A stretch of 64,000 nucleotides of DNA, taken from assembly GCA_963803805.1 (NCBI GenBank), contig CAWDOD010000002.1, positions 1,280,001 through 1,344,000 of the forward strand, given 5' to 3'. The DNA comes from an uncultured cyanobacterium (GTDB lineage: Bacteria; Cyanobacteriota; Cyanobacteriia; Cyanobacteriales; CAWCAG01). The translations under genes were made by a program, and so were the position numbers. This document shows, one piece after another, positions 11,237 to 18,910 of the stretch; within the stretch, counting starts at the first letter, position 1; every line of letters starts with the position of its first letter. The notes beneath the pieces were generated by a model. That model was not told the DNA's origin. It searched no databases and saw only the letters and a program-made list of their open reading frames with translations.

Positions 11237-12086
11237 GAACAATCGGGCCTCTTGGGGGAAACTCCAGGTAGTGAATGCGGTCAAATTCAAGGAAGCCTAA
11301 GTCTGTTTAAACAGAGAGGGTAATCTTGAGCCAAGCTTATATTTGTCTATATAGACAAGTTATTTGAAGGTGCAGAGACTGGTTGAATGAGAGCTAAAAA
11401 ATGATGGACTATGATGTCTCATCAAAAGTAGAGCAAAGAGGCATTCTGGCCGGGATGTTATTGGGTGCAGGCAGGAGAAATAAACAAAATTTCTATCTTC
11501 TAAACCTGAATTTGCCAGAGGAATATGTTCTATTTAAAAAGCAACTCCTTGAACAAATCATCCGTAAGCCAGTTAGTCTTCGGGAAAGAAAAACTAAAAA
11601 CGGTACTGCCTTAATACGCTTAGAGCCAAAGTTAATTCCCTTAACTAGGGTTTTGGTTAAAAAGTTTTATCAAGGAACAACTCCTAAAATTACGAGGAAG
11701 TTTCTTGGTCTTCTAACCCTTCCTAGTATCGCAATTTGGTTTATGGATAAAGGTTCTAAATCTTTTAAGAGAAAGAACGGAAAAATCCATAGCCTGGAAG
11801 TTAACTTCAATACCAATATCTGCCAAGCAGAAAACGAGTTGATAGTAGCTTATTTTGCTGAAGTTTGGGGTTTTAAGTGGGGATTAAGCCAAGGTAGAAA
11901 CGCTTACCGTTTAAGGATGGGGACGAAAGAAGGTAAAAGGTTTTTCCGTTTCCTTCATCCCTATATTCATCCCGCTATGCTCTACAAAATAGAAACCTCT
12001 TGTCAACATAACGGCCGCCACCTAAAAGAGTTTTGTTCTTATGGTGAAGGGATAGTCCAGAGAGTGGGGAAACTCACACAAATCTG
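11237..12086 (+). ncRNA. Group I intron (IC3/Azoarcus-like core), 850 nt, containing a LAGLIDADG ORF
   Basis: Exon U before 5' splice site and terminal G at 12086; P1 CCT|GA-ACAA-TCGGG; P2 with GAAA loop (11251-11268); AAATTCAAGGAA..AATCTTGAGCCAAG P4-P6; P7 GAGACT (11375-11380)/TAGTCC (12053-12058); P3 GCGGTC/GGCCGC; P8 CCTAA..TATGG receptor; P9 GTGGG-GAAA-CTCAC. Confidence 0.92.
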
Positions 12087-12087
12087 A
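11401..12087 (+). CDS. Intron-encoded double-motif LAGLIDADG (I-SceI-like) protein lacking catalytic aspartates; candidate maturase
   Basis: ILAGMLLGAG and SIAIWFMDKG match I-SceI GIGLILGDA and LAYWFMDDG; domain ends HPYIHPAMLYKI (cf. KPYLIPQMMYKL); very basic. Confidence 0.85.
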   Translation: MMDYDVSSKVEQRGILAGMLLGAGRRNKQNFYLLNLNLPEEYVLFKKQLLEQIIRKPVSLRERKTKNGTALIRLEPKLIPLTRVLVKKFYQGTTPKITRKFLGLLTLPSIAIWFMDKGSKSFKRKNGKIHSLEVNFNTNICQAENELIVAYFAEVWGFKWGLSQGRNAYRLRMGTKEGKRFFRFLHPYIHPAMLYKIETSCQHNGRHLKEFCSYGEGIVQRVGKLTQI

Positions 12088-12535
12088 AGCGCTAGGTCGC
12101 CGGTTCAAATCCGGCCAGTCCCGTTTTTTCAATGCTCAATGCTAAGTTATCTTGGTTTAGCCACTTAAGTTCAATCTAGTATAAGTAATAGTTTGTCTAA
12201 GTTCAGTTGGTTATTAAATCTTTTGAATTTACATAACTTCAACTTAAAATTTGTCAAGTCCCAAAAATTTCTCCAAAGGACGCATTTGTGTGGTTTAATT
12301 AGGAAATCAGAAAATTACACTGCTACGTTTTTGTCTAAAGTCAACATCAAATCTCTATAAGGTAGATAAATCGTTGGTTTTGATGCTATTTTTCCACAAA
12401 AGCATAGTGATAAGAAGGGCTAGGTCGAACAAATTTTGAGGCAATTTCAAAAGTTTTTTTGACAAATAAAGCGCTTTAAGTTAGAAGCAATTTGCTTGTG
12501 ACTTTTTTTGTCTATTCCATTTTTCTTCCTTGACA

Positions 12536-12580
12536 TTCCCATTTACTAAAACATCGTTCCCATTTACTAAAACATCGTTC
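12536..12580. repeat. 21-bp direct tandem duplication
   Basis: TTCCCATTTACTAAAACATCG x2 plus TTC. Confidence 0.9.
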
Positions 12581-12647
12581 TCTGTTTGTAAGGTTGCCTG
12601 ATGAGTATTCGTTAGTTGAAGCTAAATTATTACAATGTTAAGCAGAT

Positions 12648-12698
12648 TCGTAATTCATCCCCACACCTACCTGCAAAGAGGTGTGGGACTTCTTACGA
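12648..12698. other. Strong intergenic hairpin, possibly an IS200/IS605-type end remnant
   Basis: TCGTAA-ttcat-CCCACACCT-loop-AGGTGTGGG-acttc-TTACGA. Confidence 0.4.
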
Positions 12699-12762
12699 TT
12701 GAATATTAAATACAGAATTGTTGGTACGGACAGTAAAATAATTGCTGCACCAACCTAATAAT

Positions 12763-12909
12763 CTAATTTTTCCTTGCTCTCTTATCCCGATCTTGACGAC
12801 GGCGATCACGCCATCCTGCGGAAGTCAAATAGACTATGCCCCCGGTAACTAATATGAGCATAGCTAAAGCCGAGAAAAAGAGAAAACTGAGAAGATACTT
12901 TTCTGCCAC
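12763..12909 (-). CDS. Small single-TM protein downstream of petN (48 aa; not in ORF track)
   Basis: GTG start 7 nt after petN stop; MAEKYLLSFLFFSALAMLILVTGGIVYLTSAGWRDRRRQDRDKRARKN. Confidence 0.7.
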   Translation of the reverse strand: MAEKYLLSFLFFSALAMLILVTGGIVYLTSAGWRDRRRQDRDKRARKN

Positions 12910-12915
12910 TTGCCT

Positions 12916-13005
12916 TTAAAACCCGTTACGACCCCAAATGACCATGGTAATTGACCAAGTGAACAGAACTAAAAGGGATACCCAGCCTAAAGTTAAAATA
13001 TCCAT
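12916..13005 (-). CDS. petN: Cytochrome b6f subunit PetN (not in ORF track)
   Basis: Manual translation [29 protein letters not shown]. Confidence 0.96.
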   Translation of the reverse strand: MDILTLGWVSLLVLFTWSITMVIWGRNGF

Positions 13006-13089
13006 AATGCGCTTGTAAAAATCGTTGGTAAACAATAAAATAACTCCACCCATTATGATACTTCTAAGTGGTCGTATCTTCGTAGAATT

Positions 13090-13536
13090 TTGAGAAGTTT
13101 GCAGGAAGAAAGAATTGAATCTATTAAAGCCGGACTAATCTCTAGTGCTGCTTTTACCCTAGCTTATGTCGTTGTAGCTTTGCTTAACCACCTTTGCTTA
13201 GCAAGTATTTCACCACACTTAACTTTGCTGCAAACGGCTACAACTGCTGAGTTTTCACTAAAGTTGGCCGTTTCTTGCCTAAGTGGTTTCCTGTTTGGCA
13301 TTGCCTATCGCTACATTATCAGGGGCGATCACAATTCTCACCTTAGTGAAGGTGCAGTCTTAGCATTCGGTTTGGTTAGGGGTTTAGCTACCGTAGAAGT
13401 AAAAGGTAACTTACTCACTAACTTTTGGTTTGTAAGTATTTTAACTGTCGAAAGTTTAATTTGTTTTGCGATCGCTCGTTTCATTCTTGATTTTGCCTTA
13501 CATCAATCCTGGATAGAGCCTTATAACCCTCAATAA
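13090..13536 (+). CDS. Hypothetical membrane protein
   Basis: Multiple TM segments, ERIESIKAG and [20 protein letters not shown]. Confidence 0.7.
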   Translation: MRSLQEERIESIKAGLISSAAFTLAYVVVALLNHLCLASISPHLTLLQTATTAEFSLKLAVSCLSGFLFGIAYRYIIRGDHNSHLSEGAVLAFGLVRGLATVEVKGNLLTNFWFVSILTVESLICFAIARFILDFALHQSWIEPYNPQ

Positions 13537-13687
13537 ATATCTTCCTTAAGTTGTATTTATTAGTCAAATTTAGATGACATCAGCAATTTACTTCTTTAAG
13601 TTTTAGATAGAAAATCAGCCCACTAAGCAATGTTACTTTGCTAACCTAATTGTTCTAGCCAAGACCAAAGCTAGAGCAACAACTTTG

Positions 13688-13722
13688 TATATTGTATAAA
13701 AATATTATTTTTATACAATATA
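13688..13722. promoter_or_regulatory. Perfect 35-bp AT-rich palindrome upstream of the EPS cluster
   Basis: TATATTGTATAAAAATA-T-TATTTTTATACAATATA. Confidence 0.45.
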
Positions 13723-14038
13723 ATAATTGTTTAGGGGGAATTGACAAGGTGAGAAATCTGTTTTTAACTTATATTAAATCTGCATTTTGACTTTATTTTA
13801 ACATAAAGGGTTCTTCCAAAGAAGCTATTCTTTTTCCAGAGAAAATTAATGTCAAAGCAACTGAAGTTTTTAGCTACTGTCTCTAGTCTCGATTCCACTA
13901 AAGCTTCTCTAAGCTAATAACAATTGCGAATATGAGGAATTATTATCTAGATATTTTCATGAATTCATTGGCTAGAACTGGGTTTATTTAGTCTATCGAG
14001 CAGTTTAGATTCCGTGTTTTCCTCACTCTCTCAGGGTT

Positions 14039-15466
14039 ATGCTCAAAAACGCTAACGACATACGCTCTCCTGTTTCTACTAAAATTCCTTATCGAATCAT
14101 TGTTAACTGGTTAAGAATTATTGTCTTAATCGTTTTAGACACTGTAAATTTGTCTTTAGCTTGGTTAGCGGCTGAGAGATTAGGTACACCAGTCAATAAC
14201 TTCAACTTAGTTTGGCAACCTGGACAAGAAGCGCCTCTGCTAATACCCATTTTGATAATCACCTTGGGTATTTTGGCAGCATCTGGACTTTATAGCACAG
14301 ACGATAAACGACGCAGCTTCATAGCTTTGCTCAAAGCTATACTTCTAGCTCATACCCTCTTGTTGATCACTGCATTTCTCTACAACCCCAAAACTTGGAT
14401 ATCCCGCTCAGTATTCCTCTGGGCTTGGTTGCTAACCCTTGTCTTTGTTAGCATAGAGCGTTTTCTGCTGCACTTTGTCATAGTCAACCTACGTCGCCGA
14501 AAAGCTGTTTTACGTCCCCTAGTTTTTCTCCTCGGTAATCCAGAAGATATTACTGGGGCTCAAAAGCTACTTAAGCGTTCTAGGGAATTTAAGATTTCTG
14601 GGACAGCAGATTTATCAATTCGTGAAGATCCGGAAAAATGGGCACAAATGCTCCAAGATATCGCAGCACAAAGGGTTAGCGAAGTATTCGTCTGTTCCTG
14701 GCAATCTGTTCAAGACCCAATTATTTTATTTTGGGAACTAAAATCAGCCGGAATCCAACTAAGAGTTCTACCCATTAGTTTGGATCTACCAGGACAGTGG
14801 TCTGAAATAAAAATGATTGGTCAATTTACCACCATTAGATTCAGTACCCCTCCAATAATAGGAGGGGATTTCTGGCTTAAAAGAGGTTTTGATTTGGTTG
14901 CTTCATCAACATTGCTACTCTTGCTGAGCATACCATTACTAATAATTTCTATTTCTATTCAACTAGATTCCCCTGGCTCCATATTTTACAAGCAAACTCG
15001 TGTAGGTTTAAAAGGTCGCCGTTTCAAAGTCTGGAAATTTCGTACTATGGTTGCTAACGCTAGTCAATTGCAAAAGCAGCTTGAAGAAAGAAATGAAGTT
15101 GAAGGAGGAATTTTATTCAAGATTAAAGACGACCCACGCATTACTAAAGTAGGTAAGTTTCTGAGACAGTATAGTCTTGATGAATTACCTCAATTAATCA
15201 ACGTCCTGCGGGGAGAAATGAGTCTGGTTGGCCCCCGCCCTCTGCCCGTAAGAGATGTAGAAAAGTTTTCAGAAACACACTTTTTGCGCCACGAAGTACT
15301 ACCGGGAATAACAGGTCTTTGGCAAGTTAGCGGTCGTTCTAATGCAGATTCTGAAGAGGTATTTTACTTAGACCTTGCCTATATTCAACATTGGTCTTTG
15401 GCTCTTGACTGTAAAATTTTACTAAAAACTATTCAAGTTGTTCTAGCCAGGGAAGGAGCTTATTAA
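14039..15466 (+). CDS. Priming polyprenyl-phosphate glycosylphosphotransferase (WcaJ/WbaP family)
   Basis: N-terminal TMs; KFRTM, DPRIT..G.FLR..SLDELPQL, SLVGPRP, PGITGLWQV. Confidence 0.92.
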   Translation: MLKNANDIRSPVSTKIPYRIIVNWLRIIVLIVLDTVNLSLAWLAAERLGTPVNNFNLVWQPGQEAPLLIPILIITLGILAASGLYSTDDKRRSFIALLKAILLAHTLLLITAFLYNPKTWISRSVFLWAWLLTLVFVSIERFLLHFVIVNLRRRKAVLRPLVFLLGNPEDITGAQKLLKRSREFKISGTADLSIREDPEKWAQMLQDIAAQRVSEVFVCSWQSVQDPIILFWELKSAGIQLRVLPISLDLPGQWSEIKMIGQFTTIRFSTPPIIGGDFWLKRGFDLVASSTLLLLLSIPLLIISISIQLDSPGSIFYKQTRVGLKGRRFKVWKFRTMVANASQLQKQLEERNEVEGGILFKIKDDPRITKVGKFLRQYSLDELPQLINVLRGEMSLVGPRPLPVRDVEKFSETHFLRHEVLPGITGLWQVSGRSNADSEEVFYLDLAYIQHWSLALDCKILLKTIQVVLAREGAY

Positions 15467-15467
15467 A

Positions 15468-17744
15468 ATGGAATCCATAGAATTTCCTGAAGAAATAAAT
15501 ATCCGCAAATACTGGCTAGTGCTAAAAAGGCGTTGGTTACCTATAGTTTTGGTTTTTACTGCAGTTGTCACCCTGGCTTTTCTCTATGCTTCTCGCAAAG
15601 AAAATATGTATGAAGCCAAAGGTAAACTTTTATTCAAAGAAGACCGTTCTTCTTCTTTAACAGGTTTAGAAGGGTTAGATGATTTAACTCAAATTGAAGG
15701 TTTAAGTAGAGAAACTGAACCAGTATCTACAGAAGCAGAAATTGTTATTTCTCACCCCATAGCTAGAAAAGCCATTGAAAAAATCAATCTCAGAAACGAA
15801 GATGGCGACTTATGCAAACCTAGTTGTATTACATCTGAAATAGAGGTAGAACCTTTGCCAGGAACTGATGTCATGCAAATCGCTTACAAGTCTAAATCTC
15901 CTGAAGTGGCAGCTAAAATAGTTAATGCTGTCATGGAAGTCTACATAGACAGTGACGTTTCTAGCAATCGGGCCCAAGCTATAGCCGCGAGGGAATTCCT
16001 TGAAGAGCAGCAACCCAAGGCAGAAGCAAGAGTGAGTCAAGCTGAAGCGGAATTAAGGAAATTCAAAGAAGCAAATCGTGTTGTTTCTCTTTCTGATGAA
16101 GCTAAAACATCTGTAGAAACCATTGCTCAATTAGATCAAAATATAGCCAGAGTTAGGGCTGAACTAGCCAAATTTAGCAGTAGAGCAGCCGAACTTCAAG
16201 AACAGATAGATTTAACCCCATCTGAAGCATTAGCTGCAACTTCTCTGAGTGAATCTAATGTAGTGAAAAACCTACTCGAACAAGACAGTACAGTTCAAAG
16301 CAAACTCGCTGAAGCTCGCAGTCGCTACAGACCAGGGCATCCAATTGTAGAACAGCTTGAGCGTGAATCTGAAGCTTTAAGAGCAAGATTACTAGACAAT
16401 ATTCAATCAGTGGCTGGAGATGATATATCCTTAAGCTCTCCTGAATCAACTCAAAGTAGCGTAGCTATACCTTTAGAAAAAATTCAGTTAGGGGAAGTAG
16501 AACGAGAGTTAGTTGCTGATTTTGTCCAAGCAGAAGTAGAGCGTCTAGGCTTAGTAAACCAACTAGATACCTATATTAGCAGCAGAACTGCCTACAGAGA
16601 TAGGCTTGATAGCCTACCAAGACTAGAACAAAAACAAGGAGAGCTAGAAAGGCGCTTGGAAGTTGCTAATACAACATATGCTAGTCTTCTCGGTCGTTTG
16701 CAAGAAGCTCAAGTAGCAGAAAATCAAGACGTAGGTAATGCTCGGATTATTTCTCCTGCTGTAGAACCCCAGGAGCCTATTCCCGCTCGAGAAAAATTAA
16801 TCATTTTGGCTGGTAGTGTAGCTGGGTTACTCTCTGGTATTGCTGCTGCCTTCTTACTTGATCTCATTGATAGTTCTGTTAAAAATGTTAAGGAAGCCAA
16901 AGAGCTTTTAGGCTATACCTTATTAGGCATTATTCCTCAATATGCTAAAGAGAAAAAAGCTCCTAAGTTTCTCAAGGAAGAAGACGAAAAAATTCCTCCT
17001 CTTTATGTTAAGGACAAACCCCATTCTCCCATTAGCGCAGCTTATCAAATGTTGCAAGCGAATCTTAAATTTCTTAGCTCAGATAAGCAGCTCAAAGCTA
17101 TTGTGGTCACTAGTTCTATTCCTAAAGAAGGGAAATCCGAAGTCTCAGCAAATTTGTCCGTAGCCATTGCTCAAGTTGGTCGTCGCGTCTTATTAGTAGA
17201 TGCCGATATGCGAGATCCGACTCAACACCATATCTGGAGACGGACTAATGCTGTGGGTTTGAGCAACGTCCTAGTTGGTGAAGCCGAATTGGACATTGCT
17301 ATTGAAAAGGTTATGCCTAACTTAGATATTCTGACTGCTGGGGTAATACCTCCTAATCCAGTAGCACTACTTGATTCTAAGCGCATGGCTTTTTTAATTG
17401 AATCTCTTTTAAAAGATTATGACTCGATTATCTTTGATACTCCTCCCTTAGTTGGGGTTGCTGATGCGCCCATTCTCGGTAAAATGGCAGATGGCATCCT
17501 CATGGTAGTTAGGCCTAAAGTTCTCAACGTTGCTGGTGCAAAAGCTGCCAAAGAATTTTTAATCCAATCTGGTCAAAAAGTTTTAGGTTTAGTTGCTAAT
17601 GGGGTAATCATCAAAAACGAGCCAGATAGCTATTTTTATTACGCTAAAGAGCAATATGGAGCGCAAGCTTATGCGAAACAACAGCAAGAAGAATTAGGTT
17701 TCCCTAGTCTTTCTCAGTTGCCTTGGAATAAAGGCGAAAAATAG
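15468..17744 (+). CDS. wzc: Polysaccharide co-polymerase/tyrosine autokinase
   Basis: Two TMs around a coiled coil, Walker A SSIPKEGKS, DADMR, DTPP, C-terminal Tyr cluster. Confidence 0.9.
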   Translation: MESIEFPEEINIRKYWLVLKRRWLPIVLVFTAVVTLAFLYASRKENMYEAKGKLLFKEDRSSSLTGLEGLDDLTQIEGLSRETEPVSTEAEIVISHPIARKAIEKINLRNEDGDLCKPSCITSEIEVEPLPGTDVMQIAYKSKSPEVAAKIVNAVMEVYIDSDVSSNRAQAIAAREFLEEQQPKAEARVSQAEAELRKFKEANRVVSLSDEAKTSVETIAQLDQNIARVRAELAKFSSRAAELQEQIDLTPSEALAATSLSESNVVKNLLEQDSTVQSKLAEARSRYRPGHPIVEQLERESEALRARLLDNIQSVAGDDISLSSPESTQSSVAIPLEKIQLGEVERELVADFVQAEVERLGLVNQLDTYISSRTAYRDRLDSLPRLEQKQGELERRLEVANTTYASLLGRLQEAQVAENQDVGNARIISPAVEPQEPIPAREKLIILAGSVAGLLSGIAAAFLLDLIDSSVKNVKEAKELLGYTLLGIIPQYAKEKKAPKFLKEEDEKIPPLYVKDKPHSPISAAYQMLQANLKFLSSDKQLKAIVVTSSIPKEGKSEVSANLSVAIAQVGRRVLLVDADMRDPTQHHIWRRTNAVGLSNVLVGEAELDIAIEKVMPNLDILTAGVIPPNPVALLDSKRMAFLIESLLKDYDSIIFDTPPLVGVADAPILGKMADGILMVVRPKVLNVAGAKAAKEFLIQSGQKVLGLVANGVIIKNEPDSYFYYAKEQYGAQAYAKQQQEELGFPSLSQLPWNKGEK

Positions 17745-17772
17745 AACTTATTCACTCGGTTGACATAAATTC

Positions 17773-18876
17773 ATGCCAAACCTAAATAGACTTTGGACTA
17801 CTAAGGGAGCAGCTAGTTTGGGAATATTATTCTATTTTGCTTTCCCTTTACCAACACTTGCTCAAATACCTACATATCCAGCTCAAGAAGCACTACCTTC
17901 TTCAATTGTTAGGCCAACTAATTCATTAGCCCCTGGCAGTAATTTATCTGATTATTTTCTTGGTGCAGGGGATCGAGTAAATATCAATGTTTTTGGTTAT
18001 GAAGAATTTACTGATTTAGAAAGAGTTATTTTGCCAGATGGCACGATCACTTTACCTTTACTAGGTAGCGTTGAAGCAGCAAGTAAAACACCAGAAGGGT
18101 TACAACAAGAATTAACTGTTCGCTTAAATGAGTACCTTATTGACCCCCTAGTCACGGTTAGTATTAGTCTCTTGCGACCTGTAGTAGTAAATGTAGCTGG
18201 AGAAGTAGAGCGTCCCGGTCCGGTTCAACTCAATAGTATAACCACCAATAATAACCTCAATAGATTTGAGTTAAACGAACGTGATCGCAGACTACCTACA
18301 GTCAGTGCGGCTTTGGTTGCAGCAGGGGGAATTACCAGAAAAGCAGACTTACGCCAAATTGTTTTAAGGCGTTTTACAGGAACAAATAATGTAGTTGTTA
18401 GAGAAATCAATCTTTGGGATGCGCTAACTTCTGAAATAGCTCCTGAAGATTTGATTCTTCAAGAGGGAGATTCTATTTTTGTACCTAAGTTAGGAGTAGA
18501 TTCTGATATCAATCCTAGGCTACTATCTCGTTCTAGTCTAGCTCCAGAAAGCGTCAAAGTCCGAGTAGTAGGGGAGGTGAAATTACCAGGAGAAGTCTCC
18601 ATTTCACCTGACAGCAGTGTTTCTGGGGCAGTGGCAGCAGCGGGTGGTCCAACAGATGATGCTGAAATCAATTCAGTAACTTTTGTTCGCATTAACGAAG
18701 AAGGCTTTATTGAAAACAAAGAAATTGATTTGAGCAATCTAACAGACAACTTTCAAGTACAAACAGGAGATGTGATATTTGTCCCAAAAACCAATGTTGC
18801 AACTGGGTTAAATGCTGCAGGGAGGGCAGTCGGACCAATAAATGTTCTATTAAATATTCTCGATTTTCTATTTTAA
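17773..18876 (+). CDS. wza: Polysaccharide export protein (Poly_export + SLBB)
   Basis: YFLGAGDRVNINV, ILPDGTITLPLLG, SLBB repeats. Confidence 0.88.
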   Translation: MPNLNRLWTTKGAASLGILFYFAFPLPTLAQIPTYPAQEALPSSIVRPTNSLAPGSNLSDYFLGAGDRVNINVFGYEEFTDLERVILPDGTITLPLLGSVEAASKTPEGLQQELTVRLNEYLIDPLVTVSISLLRPVVVNVAGEVERPGPVQLNSITTNNNLNRFELNERDRRLPTVSAALVAAGGITRKADLRQIVLRRFTGTNNVVVREINLWDALTSEIAPEDLILQEGDSIFVPKLGVDSDINPRLLSRSSLAPESVKVRVVGEVKLPGEVSISPDSSVSGAVAAAGGPTDDAEINSVTFVRINEEGFIENKEIDLSNLTDNFQVQTGDVIFVPKTNVATGLNAAGRAVGPINVLLNILDFLF

Positions 18877-18910
18877 AGCAATTTATTAAGCTCACCAATT
18901 AAAAATTTAG

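Larger units (their letters stand above)
11200..12123 (+). tRNA. trnR: tRNA-Arg(CCT) interrupted by a group I intron; exons 11200-11236 and 12087-12123
   Basis: Joined exons give a 74-nt cloverleaf: acceptor GGGGCTG/CAGTCCC+G, D arm GCTC..GAGC, anticodon stem AGCGC/GCGCT with loop CT-CCT-AA, T arm GCCGG-TTCAAAT-CCGGC; CCA not encoded. Confidence 0.95.

Noticed and set aside
11153-11290. N-terminal extension of ORF 10556..11290
   Set aside because: Antisense to the tRNA 5' exon and intron; ATG 11152 gives a normal N-terminus
11401-12087. Intein or free-standing active homing endonuclease interpretation
   Set aside because: No intein splicing motifs or host protein; ORF lies inside a group I RNA fold between tRNA exons and lacks the catalytic Asp residues
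12536-12580. Possible CRISPR array
   Set aside because: Two abutting 21-bp copies with no spacer and no cas genes
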